A DNA stretch of 63,303 nt, filler included, from Choristocarpus tenellus KU-1152 (taxonomy: Eukaryota; Protista; Phaeophyceae): the NCBI GenBank assembly GCA_964200185.2. It is 8 parts of 8 records of this genome, joined end to end, with 100 filler letters (N's around TTAATTAATTAA, not from the genome) between each part and the next. Parts side by side here need not be neighbours in the genome. Positions count along the whole stretch, not along the records: positions 52,021 to 56,447 come from CAXNAD020014598.1; positions 56,548 to 59,320 come from CAXNAD020024874.1; positions 59,421 to 63,303 come from CAXNAD020017383.1; 5 more parts are not named here. One strand, written 5' to 3'. Made by a program: the position numbers and the translations under genes. Under the pieces are notes generated by a model. That model worked only from the letters and a program-made list of their open reading frames with translations, was not told the DNA's origin and searched no databases. Below, piece after piece: positions 52,503 through 63,303 of the stretch. How positions within the stretch are numbered: position 1 is the stretch's first letter; the number at the start of each line of letters is the position of its first letter.

Positions 52503-55313
52503 CTTGTACCCGGTAAAGTTCTCGCCCTTGTAGCTCTTGAGTGGCTCACTCCACATTATCTGCAGCCAGTCCTGACACAGTCCCGTACACGTTAGGGACA
52601 CCACCTTCTGAGGGAGGTCTGTCAAAATCCCTGCATGGTCAAGCACCTACCATGATGAGGTAGGTGGTCAAGCAAGTTGAGCATGAAGTACTTGAGCGTC
52701 AGAAGAATGGCAACAGGCTATGGTAGGTTGGGTTGGCCAGGGTGGAATGACGTTGTTCAAGTACTACTATATGGGTCAACACCTCCACCAACCTACCAAG
52801 TGCCACTTCAATAAACCACCTGCTGTCAACTTCTTTCTCTACGCCGCATCTCTTGCTCTAAATCTTGGATCCCTTCTCACCTCTGGGTCAGTGCTTTCAA
52901 CCACCACCTCATAAGGTGTAGATCCATTTCGATCTGTTAGCGTTTTGCTTGCTCCAGCACCAAGCAACCAGCAGCACACAGACCATCGTTTTGCCAATGC
53001 AGCAAGGAAGAGGGGACTCCGTTCATCTGGTCCCCCACGACAATCCACCTGTACCATTACCAACCCGTTCCTCATTACATGTAAGATACAACACCAATAT
53101 AGAATGACAACCGACCCGCAGTAGTGAAGCATTTCCTAGAAGCATGTGGAAATAGATGTCAACAGGTGTCAGTAAATGTATCGCATCTCCAGAATGCGTT
53201 AGTTCAGATGCTCCAGAGATCCATATGATGTGGAAAGGGATAGCAGTAGTATAGTTACAAGTTGACCTGCAACACTAGTTAAATGACACACTCTACTCTC
53301 TAATTCTATTTGGTAGTGGTAGCAGCAACTCCCCCCTTTTCTTTTCTGTCTTGTCACCTTGCCATGAGCTCTACTTGTAGAGAAGGCATGTTGCAAATAG
53401 TAGAATGGCAATAGCGAGCACCTCATAACTATCTCCACCTCTACAACTTCCCCTGTATCCTCTCACCATCGCACCCATGGCAACAAGAAGGCGCACAGTA
53501 TCAAGGTGACCGAACTCTGCTGCTAGGTGCAAAGCTTGGTACTTGAGCTTTGTGTGGTGATGATTGATAGGGAGGCCTGAGCAGCATGTGAGAGAGGTGT
53601 TGGGTGTAGGTTGCAAGCATGGACAATATCGTTGCATTGCATAATGCTATATTTTGGAGTTGAAGAACCCCTCCTAGGAATTTTAGGGAACATGCGTGTG
53701 CAACTATGTCATACTCCAAGTACTTTGTAATACTCTGTGCATGTATTATACTACTCTATACACGTAACCATATTACTTCTGATCGAGTCAAAGTTGTGCA
53801 TTGAAACTCCCAACTACAAGACGTTCGTAGTGCACTTTGTAATTTACTGTCGAGCATGCACAAGGTGTTTGTCATACTGTACCATGCCCATGTGTAGTGC
53901 TGTAGTCTAGTGTACAACCGACCTACCTCTGTTATAATATGCTAAGGTGACATCAATGCTCCCCCTTGCTGCATTGATGATGAAGAGGTCACCTGCCACC
54001 AGCTGCGGCAGGATTCTGATTGAATTCAGCAGCACCACAGAACTCCGTTCTTCTCCCAGATTGGGATTGAGAGCATCATTCATGAGGTCCAGGAGGTCTA
54101 TACTTGCCCAGCCTGGCTCCATATGGTGGCTTGATGAGGTGTGATAGAGCGAGGATCAATTTGCGTTGCTGCACTGGACTAGTTTACAAGCAGCCATGAT
54201 AATGTTTTGGCTTGCAAATTGTGTTAGGGGCTAAATTTATACTGGCTAACTTCCTGGTGGTAGAATGCCGTAAGGGTTTGTGGTGATGGGTATGTTGCTA
54301 CTTCTAATATTGAGTATTTCGAACTATATGATTGATAACGCTTATAGAGAAGGCAAAACAAAAAACTATCTACTACGAACATCATCCGTTACCAACCGCT
54401 CGCAAGCAAGTCAATATTAGGTAGAACTACACTGTGATTACCTGGTGGCTCGGAAAATGTGAAGTAGGATGCCAATATGACGAAAATCTGACTTCGACAC
54501 TGGTCTAATAAGGTCACGCATCAGCTGCTCAGGTTCTCCTTCAATCGAGCACTTCTCATGGTTCGACACCAGGTCATCTATAGTACCGAGGGATACTGAT
54601 GGGTCAAAGATAGAATTTATATGGTAAAATATTTGTTCCAATTGGACTGCCTAGCATCGTGTCCTCCAGTCCATCCCCTTTGCCGGTCATGATCGACATG
54701 TTGTACTGGTGCACATTGAGATCAACAACTGCAAAAATGTTTGCTCAAGCTATCGATCGCGTTTCGAGGCGATCGCTGTACCTTGCACTTGGAGTTGATA
54801 AAAGGACAGGGTCACCAGTCAAGGCAAGCCATAGGCATGTTCATGAATGTGAAGCAAATAGTTATCGTGATCTAAGGAGCGGCGTTCAAGTGTGAAGGCA
54901 CTCTCCTATGCATTAGAAATACACGTTCATATTCCCGTCTGCATTGGTAACCTTCCTGGCCAATAGTGATGCGCACCGTTGTGCAGAATTGCTGCCATCC
55001 GATCCTGAACATTTGCATCCTTTGCTTTCCGCAGCAAGTCATGCGCTATGCTGTGTGCATTCTCCACGCAGGACCTGCCACGACCTCCACGACCTATTGA
55101 TCGTTGGATATCTTTCGTGAAGGCCTTGGCAAGGATACGTCGCTCCCTCTTTTCCCTCTCTAGGCGATCTAGGATATCTTCCAGGGCACCGGATGTTGAC
55201 ACAATATTTTGTGGGTAAAGGTGTCTGGTCATCATCAGTTCTGATGGTCGAAAATTTGGAGATGGGTTAGAAAAGAGTTTAATGACCATGCTCATAACTC
55301 TGTGTTGGGACAT
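52503..55313 (-). CDS. Ankyrin-repeat protein with a downstream fibronectin type III-like domain (both ends uncertain)
   Basis: Exons ~55250-54952, ~54647-54441, ~54130-53927, 53576-53467 (ALHLAAEFGHLDTVRLLVAMGA), 53048-52881 (SPLFLAALAKRWSVCCWLLGAGA..TDRNGSTPYE), 52646-52503 (PQKVVSLTCTGLCQDWLQIMWSEP....GENFTGYK, FN3-like). Confidence 0.65.
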
Positions 55314-55664
55314 TTCCAGGATCAGTTTCTGATTGGTCGGGGCCCCTAACCCTAGTATATCACAGTTACACTCGACGAGATACGCCGGACTGCCTCATGC
55401 TAGGTTCACACTCCAGGACGCACAGAGTAGATATTGGACGGAGCAAGGCAAAGAGCCCTAAAAAGACCTTCTTATTAACACAGAAGGCAAAATGGACTAT
55501 GGGCGATCATGTGATAACCTGGCGTCAAGCACCATGTCATGATTGGGTTGAATTGGTTGGGTGACGAACCCTGCTGGGGTGGTGCAGATCACCATTGTGT
55601 TCCTCATCGGCAGTGTTGGGGTCTGAGTGGTGGAAGCTGGCACTATTTCCCGTGATAAGATATA

Positions 55665-56108
55665 ATGTTGTCCGCTCCCCTCCAGAGGGTGCATGATATT
55701 CTTCAGCGTATGCAGGTGAAGTCTTTTGTTTTGTTCCCATTCTCACATGGGTGGTCCATACCAATATTCCTTGAGCACTGTGCAATAAAAAATCAGCAGA
55801 CTTTTTAGGTTCAGCACTCGTGCAACTGAACCCCTTACGCCAGCACAGCTTCTGTCGTCTCTCGTCTTGCCGTCCTTCGCCCTCTGAGCGTGAATGCGGA
55901 CTGCTTTGTGCTCTTTCCGTCCCCAACACATCCTATCCCTCGTCCCTTCCCCAAGACCAACCCAGAAAATGTGGAGTGCCTCAAGACCTGCTGCGGGGCC
56001 CTGGCCATCCTGGCCAAGGACGAAGCCAACAAACTCCTCATTGCCAGAGACGGGACACGGCTCATTCTCACTGTCATGGAGGGTAATGCAACACGACCAG
56101 ATCTACAG
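55665..56108 (+). CDS. Armadillo-repeat protein, first two exons (3'-truncated)
   Basis: 55665-55715 (MLSAPLQRVHDILQRMQ, GT donor) joins in phase to 55956-56108 (TNPENVECLKTCCGALAILAKDEANKLLIARDGTRLILTVMEGN...DLQ). This is an ARM-like pattern. Confidence 0.6.
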
Positions 56109-56547
56109 GTGAAGGGTAGAATTTGGTTGTGTGCTGCATATTTCAGCAGTCATCAAGAAAGAAACAAACTACAGATCGCCTCCAATACACAAGAAAACCG
56201 TGCCGGAGCACCGACTCCGTTGGTGATTCATTATGGGGTAACCGTAGTAGAATGAGCCAGTATCCCTGAAATTTCTGCAAAAAGTCTGATAACTAAACTT
56301 CACATAAACAAGAAGTGACAGACCTAATTCGGGAGCTCTCGGCACATTTCCAAAGGCAACATGAAGCAGACGGACTTGAAGGGAGTCTTGCTGGTACCTC
56401 ACCCCTAGACATTGGTCCAAGTCTCTCACACCCTCCTTCGTTGCCCCNNNNNNNNNNNNNNNNNNNNNNNNNNNNNNNNNNNNNNNNNNNNTTAATTAAT
56501 TAANNNNNNNNNNNNNNNNNNNNNNNNNNNNNNNNNNNNNNNNNNNN

Positions 56548-56589
56548 CCTCCAAATGGACACGGCTCTACCCTCAAGATACTTTGGCTC
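56548..56589 (+). mobile_element. MITE family A, 3' terminus at contig start
   Basis: CCAAATGGACACGGCTCTACCCTCAAGATACTTTGGCTC matches the family 3' TIR. Confidence 0.75.
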
Positions 56590-59500
56590 AGTGGTAGAAG
56601 AAACTTCATGATCAAGGACAACCATGGGTGAACTGCCAAGATATTCATATATATATATAATGCATAGGCGACATCAAGGTTGTGAAAGAGGTGTAGTGCC
56701 CAAAAGGATGCTGGTGTTTAGGATCTCAACCTTGGCTTGGCATAGAGGAGAAGGTATGACTGCAAGGGCATCAATACGAATGAGCTACAAAAGGCCCATA
56801 ACATAATCCCCATCAAAAGCTGAAAGACCCAGCAGTCCACCCACACAGCGTATCTGGGTATCCCACTTACAACATTAAGCAAAGCATGAAAAATGTTTGT
56901 CTTGAAACGTCATGCTCAACCTACCTCAAGCTGCTGTATACTGTAGGACATACAGGACAGGCTAAGGCGAGCAGAGCACTGGGTTGATGGGGGACCTAGA
57001 GGCTGAAAGCGCTTACGCCACATCAAAGACTTCATTTCCATATCTAAGAGAAGTGGTTATCCATCTGTAAAAACGGTTATGAATACTACCTCTTCAGTGA
57101 CAAAGATCCTCCTGTAGACAAGGTGCAGCATAAGAGCCACATCACAGGGGTGATCCTCCACTTACCTGTTACTACCTCGCAGTTTGATACCACCAGCAAG
57201 GGAAATCCAACATGAAGATTGGCCTTTATTTTTGTGGAGGCCATTGAGATGGTATATAGTCCGGACATTGTAGGGACAACCAGAGGACTCTTCCATATTC
57301 CACTTTAAAAATACTTCCAAAGCAACCACAGAGAATAGGAAACATCCAAGTTGAACACACAAATGGAAATAAAAAGAGTACCATGTATGTATTAAATGTA
57401 TCCACTCCGAACCCCCCCCCACCCACCTACCCACCCACCCCCTCATCCTCTCCTCAATTATTAAATCACTCATACTCTACATCATTAAAGGAGTATCGAT
57501 CATCTCTCCCCATCTCCCAGCTACTCTCCTCCATGCCCCGCTCCCCCCCCCAAACACACAAAAAAAATCGCACCTGAAACCAGCCATAGGGGTCGCATGG
57601 CCTGTGTGTTTGTGGATATAGAAAAAAAGTGGATTAAAAAAGTATGTTTTTTGGGGGGGATGGGTAGGAAAGAGGATTTAGAAACTCGTCAAATAATGGA
57701 TAGTGTGAAACCAATACTTGTATGTCAAGTTCTTATAACGTGTAGGAAGGCATGCAACCATGTGCAAAAGAGAGAGGTGAGAGGAAATGGCTAGTGCCGT
57801 AAAGTCAGTACAATACCGTAAACAGACAATTGGTGCACATTTCTAGTTCATCATCAGTTTGATGATCAAGAAGACATGTTAGTGGGTTCAAAGGAGTTTT
57901 TTGCTGTGTGCTTGCTATTAAACAAATCACACAAACATAATGTAAAAAGAAAGGGCATTTTAAAACGATAAATATACTCTAAGCCCAGAATTAAAAAATG
58001 TCCACAACAAAAAATGACATACTTCAAAAGTACCATAAGTTGGACTTTGAAAAGTAATACATACTCTGGAGTATATATATATTGCTCACTTTATCCATCC
58101 ATTGCCCTCCCACATGTCCAGACCACCACCACACTTGACCCCATATTGGTTGACATCCGTACGGTAGATTGAGCTAGTCACTTGTCGCTTGATGTCCAAG
58201 CCCTCAAACCAATCTGTGAGGTTAGTGTTCTTTCAAAATATCTCAATCTGGCGAGGGGAGGGGGCGCCTCATTCGCAGGCACAGTTCACACTAAAATATA
58301 TTTATAAGTACTTCAGTCAGACTGTTAGCAAGTCTGCACCACATGCAAGTTTGTCATCACGGGTAAGTTCTGTTCAGCTGCAGGAGAGTGAACACAGCCC
58401 AAAAAATCGGCAGCACACCAGTTTCGAGAACGAATCAGAGATTCCTGACAACCGTATATTGGGGGGATCAAAGGATGAGTACCACCAACATCCACACATA
58501 CCTCTGCTGTACATATTTGATACTTCATACCACCATCTGTTTGCTCCACAGCCATATCGTTCTGCCAACTCCTATCGCTTTTATACTCACTTCCATTTCA
58601 GTTGGTTATCTGAGCAACATGATGCTTGTGAAGTGAGCCAGACTTATAGATACAATCCAACACCACTCCAGTGGGTTTCATAAATTTTGTGCAGGTGCGG
58701 TAAAAGGGAAACGCCGCATACATTACACTTAGGACACACTATCGCTGCGTGCAAGCAAGTACATTGCAGCATTCCCTCCCAAAAACAGCATGCGTATGTG
58801 CAGCACCTGGAATTCCACTTGTGTGTGCAGGCAGGCGTTTGTGCGTACGTCTTCATTTGTTCTTTCTCCTGTGAGAACACAGTACCACACGAGCTACAAC
58901 TAATGTCTTCAAAACAACTACAACAACATACACTACTACAAAGTAGCATTTTTTTTTAAGCATGAAAGGAGACAGCAGTACCCCATTGACTATCGGTTCA
59001 AGAATACTTCCACATATCGCCTATATGTACACTGTATCGTAGGTTACACATGATACTTTGCCTTTTTCTATTATTATTTGCAAAAAAATAAAGTTTGGAG
59101 TGTATCGCATTTGGTACCATGCCTAGGTCCGTGGTCACCTATATGTGAAGCCAGTACATCTTCCAGTGGGGGGATTTCCTATTCACTCCGCTGAAGTTTT
59201 TTACATTTAAATCAAATGAATTTGTGCCCCATCTTTAAGGGGGGGGGGGGGGGGGAAAGGTTAGGGGTAGGGGGGGGGTTGGCATTGGGAAAGAAAACTT
59301 GCCACTATATTTTGTTTAACNNNNNNNNNNNNNNNNNNNNNNNNNNNNNNNNNNNNNNNNNNNNTTAATTAATTAANNNNNNNNNNNNNNNNNNNNNNNN
59401 NNNNNNNNNNNNNNNNNNNNCTGTGCCCCCAGCCAACCAGAATTCTTCCGCCCACAAAACTCAGTTTACTTCATAAACTCTCACTTTTTTTTTCAGTGAA

Positions 59501-60039
59501 TAAGTTGTTTTACTCAGTGCGTTCGATGGGGGGTGCATGGTGGTGCAGCTGTATTTGATCTACGGTGGAATTCTTGATACTGTACTGTATAATATTTTTA
59601 GAGAGTATAACTGAGTAAGGCAGGCCATCGGAGGGAGGTTGATTTTGAGCGTTGATTTGATTTGAACTGCGAGTCATCTTTCCATCCAATGACTTGCGGA
59701 TGCCTTTCTTATGAAGGTGTACTATACTGTTAAGCTGTTCTTGACGATCTGTTGTCCCGCACAACCAGTTATATTATTGTTTATTAGCTTGTATCACAGT
59801 TGAGAAGATAATGAGACACCATCACTACATGGGACACACCAAACCTCACAGTAGATAACTCAGAATACCAATGACTCAACAGTTCTCTAGCACTCGTCAG
59901 AAACACTCCGACTCTAACATTCCGTCAATTGCTTCAGGTCAAACACCCTAACCCTAACTATCCCCAATGTTTTGCATCATCATCTGTTCGAACTTAAAAT
60001 ATTACTTCGAATCTTATGCTCACAAATGGTCAAGCATAA

Positions 60040-62620
60040 TCTTGACACACTCCCCTGCTCTGACTATGCAATGAGATTCAAATCAGTCCAAAAATAAATC
60101 CCAACTTCAAATCAACTCAATCTGCACACTTCGAATCTTATTCCCATAAATGGACAAGCAAAATCTTGACGCACTCCCCTGCTCTGTCCATGCAGCAAGA
60201 ATATAATAAACTCAATTTGCACACTACCCCTTATTCACAGTGCCCGATAGTTCTAGAGTGGTATTCAAACACGTTACTGCTCAAATCCTTCGTAAACAAA
60301 TCTCCATGTTGTTCACCTGAGTTTACATAGACGATCTGTGCCTTCCCCTCCTTCACCAAGTTCCTTACATAATGATATCTAATATCGGTATGTTTTGTCC
60401 AACCCCCCGAAGCTGTCTTCTCAGCCAACTTGATTGCCCCACTATTAACTTCAAGCAATCGTACGTACACAATAAGCCTCCATAAAAAATTAGACTTGTT
60501 GCAAAAACATAATCTCCTTTGCCAAATCACACAACGACACATACTCAGCTTCAGTGGTGGATAAAGTAACCGTCTTCTGCATTCCAGACCACCAGGTCAC
60601 ATATGCACCCCCAAACATTACTACGCCACCAGACAGAAAATCTTGAAATATCAAAACTGGCGTAGTCTGCATCAGCATAGCCAAAGAGTTGGTCCCTAGG
60701 TGCATCACCATAAAAACTGAAATCACCAAAAACTAAGTCCTTTTACTGGTCCTCAACAAATATGCAATCACTCTTTCCGCCCCTTTCCAATCCGTACTAG
60801 TCCCGCCTTCGAAGTTTGCATTCTCCCTTTTCCATCCATCTGCCCCGGTCGAAAATGAGTGAGAGTATCTTAGAGGGTACGAATTTTTCCTTGTTTGTCC
60901 ATTTGGGGGTTAGCTTCCCAACGGGTTTTTAATGACATTTCAAAATGTTTCGGAGTAGGTAAAATGTATACGTTATGAAAAGTGTGTCTGAAAGTGTGTC
61001 TGGAACAAGGATATTGACATCTCCTAATAAACACGATTGACAAAATTACATCAAAGTGCAACATTGGATTTGGGTCCCCATATGGACGCGGCTCTACCCT
61101 CTAAGATACTTTGACTTAAATCTTGTCCCAGCTTAATGAGTAAGAATACTGGGTCTTTGAATGCCCGTTGTGTATACCCATTACCTGGTCCACGACCCCA
61201 TTCCACAAGGGACACTTCTCTGACTCCATTACCAACCCCTTTGCATTTCCTGATACCACAGGACTTAGCGGATCTTTCCTAGCAGCATCTTGACTGGACT
61301 CATCCATAGTCCCAACCAGACCTGGCTCAACTGTAGGGTCAACTTTGGGATCCATATTTCGAAGTACTTTCTTCCTCACACTCCCCTGGTGTGACAGTGG
61401 GTCCTTATCACCACCTGGACCCATAACTGCCGATGCCATCTTTGGGGTGGATCCCTCCCCCCCAACAGTCCCCCCTGGAACTATGCCATTCACTTCAGCT
61501 CCCTCAGGGGGGAGCGTACACTTCGCTACAGCATCCTCCACTGATGTAGTAGCGTCAAACATTGATCCTACACAATCGACAGCGCCTCCACTCCCCTCTT
61601 GAGTGAGATCGACATCCCTAGCCCCAGCGTGGGTTAGATCAATACCACCAGTCTCATCCTGTGCGAAATCGACTCCTCTAGCCCCCTCCTGGGCGAGGTC
61701 ATCAGATGCCACAACATCCTCCTCTGACGTTGCATTCGCTCCAGTCGAGTCCACATAAACATCTTCCCCCTTCACTGAAAAAAGATTATCCGTCTCCTTT
61801 GGAATTGGATGCCTATGAACCTTTCCGAGTGGGCAACCTCGAAAAGGTGACCGGCCCCCATGTCCCAGTTGACAAAATGTTCTGTGCCGAAGAGTCTTTC
61901 CTGTCCAACCCCTGATGAACATCACCTAGTCGCGCGTGCAGCACATTCACATCCATTGATGCAGTGGTATTTTTTGTCGAGTATATTCTTGGTCTCCTTG
62001 CATCAAACCCGTCTGATTCTATTCTTGCTCCCATATTACCACAACCACTTTTCCCCGCCCGATTCTTCTTCCTTAGAATGTTCGGAGATTCCAGACCTCT
62101 TGGTACAAGAAAATTTCTTTGTGAACATTCAAAACTTAGGTGACTTAATTCCCACATACAAAGCAAATAATACTCCCTTCACTCGCCTTCTGCTTCTTGA
62201 TTTGTGGCCACTTGGATCTGAAGTGAGGTTCGCCACATTCCCAACAATTGGTGCCCACCAGTCCGTCTCGATTGCCTTCCTGCCACCAGTGCGCCAAGCT
62301 CTACCCCCTGCCGATACTGTCCCTTCTTACATGGCCCGCAGTCGGTATTTCTTGAGGATTAATCTCTCCAATTTTAACCATCCCTTTTCCTCCGACAACT
62401 CATCATCTACTTGACAATAGATAGATGTCACGGTACTCATCCCCAAGTGATTTTTTTTGAAACCAGCCCACTCGATCTTCCTCTGTCACCGAACCTCCCG
62501 GACTTTTCAACTCCATTATCAGAGCCTCCTGCCGGTTTTTATGATGTCAGCAGGATCTCCCCCAGGTTCCAACACCATGTCCATCGATTGCCGTTTTACT
62601 AGATTTCTCTCCGTTTGGCC
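60040..62620 (-). mobile_element. Decayed Ty1/Copia LTR retrotransposon (RNase H, GAG-pre-integrase, gag/protease remnants; RT largely deleted; MITE inserted)
   Basis: YADADYA, SGGVVMFGGAYVTWWSGMQKTVTLSTTEAEYVSL, KHTDIRYHYVR..V.EG...IVYV.SGEQHGDLFTK (60231-60690). LHARLG...CPLGKVHRHPIPK (~61800-61960). PPT-like AGCAGGGGAGTG-TG at ~60059-60046. Paired LTRs were not found. Confidence 0.85.
60857..61117 (+). mobile_element. MITE family A, complete copy inserted in the Copia relic, 4-bp TSD AAAT
   Basis: Colinear with 42451-42708. AAAT flanks it at 60853-56 and 61118-21. The terminal C is mutated to T. Confidence 0.85.
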
Positions 62621-63303
62621 AGAATGAACATAGTTCTTGACAAGTGCGGCGAACGCCTAGGCTTGCCCCTCCCTAGGAACTAAGAACATAAAAACAAATA
62701 TAGACAAATGTCTCAAAATAACAGAAAAAAAGGGAGTGTCATAGCAAGACTCTCCCCCCTCACAGATAGATATCAATACAAATGAATATAGATGCAAAAT
62801 CACAATAGCACTGAAATAGGGTACTGCCATAGACTTTCCCCTTCAGAACTATAAACACAAATAACTACAGGGCACCAATACAATGTCTCACAGCCACATA
62901 GATCGGGTGCTGTCATGGAAAGGCTTACCCTCCCTAGCTAGAAACTATGAACATAAATCAAATACAGTACCTACACCTATTTTATGCCAACTATTATGTA
63001 CCAAGCCCATTTTGTACTGCTTTTTTCGACATACAAAAAAAAAAAGGTTTTTGTACCGGAATTCTCGTATTCGGGCGACTTGGTACAAATTCGGGGAGAT
63101 ATTCACGCGAGTTTAGCGCGCGCGTAAAATTTCTCGCGAAAAGTGCCTTTCTTCCTGAGTCATGACCACACAGCAGTACAGTACGTTGCTGGTAGAGGAA
63201 TAAAGTGGAAGCTATGCCTTGTGCCGCTGGAACCTCTGCAAGATGCCTTCAAATACACCGAGTCCACCTTTCTATACTATCCACAAGCGCCGTAAGTGCG
63301 GTG

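Noticed and set aside
56900-58950. Possible gene fragments, including the 164-aa ORF 58189-58683 and minus-strand mini-exons near 57240-57090
   Set aside because: No recognisable motif and no unambiguous phase-consistent model.
62860-63303. 5' LTR and PBS of the Copia element
   Set aside because: A TGGTGCC PBS-like string exists near 62877, but no matching LTR pair could be seen.

Overview
This is eukaryotic, intron-rich draft genomic DNA, most likely from a brown alga: it carries a complete mannuronan C5-epimerase gene of the alginate pathway. The window is not one locus. It is 8 contigs joined by artificial 100-bp linkers (N44-TTAATTAATTAA-N44), so adjacency across linkers has no meaning. 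Genes reconstructed by hand from motifs and splice sites: RRN3 (5'-partial, +), the 3' end of an ABCA transporter (-), a YtcJ/LAF3-type amidohydrolase (-) head-to-head with NOM1/Sgd1 (+), a complete secreted mannuronan C5-epimerase (-), a possible EBP2 5' end (-), and an ankyrin+FN3 gene (-) head-to-head with an ARM-repeat gene (+). Mobile DNA includes a ~260-bp GAG...CTC MITE family with 4-bp TSDs (6 copies, one nested), a related G9-containing terminus, a decayed PIF/Harbinger transposase, the endonuclease end of a CRE-type LINE and a decayed Copia element. The most unusual signal is intron architecture. Telomere-type TTAGGG tracts are dense in introns and tend to be polarised (G-strand and G-runs after donors, C-strand/CTAAC and C-runs before acceptors). 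A 1.9-kb array of branch-point-like CACTAAC motifs abuts one acceptor, and AAG acceptors and GC donors are frequent. All of this is by-eye inference without alignment or RNA data.
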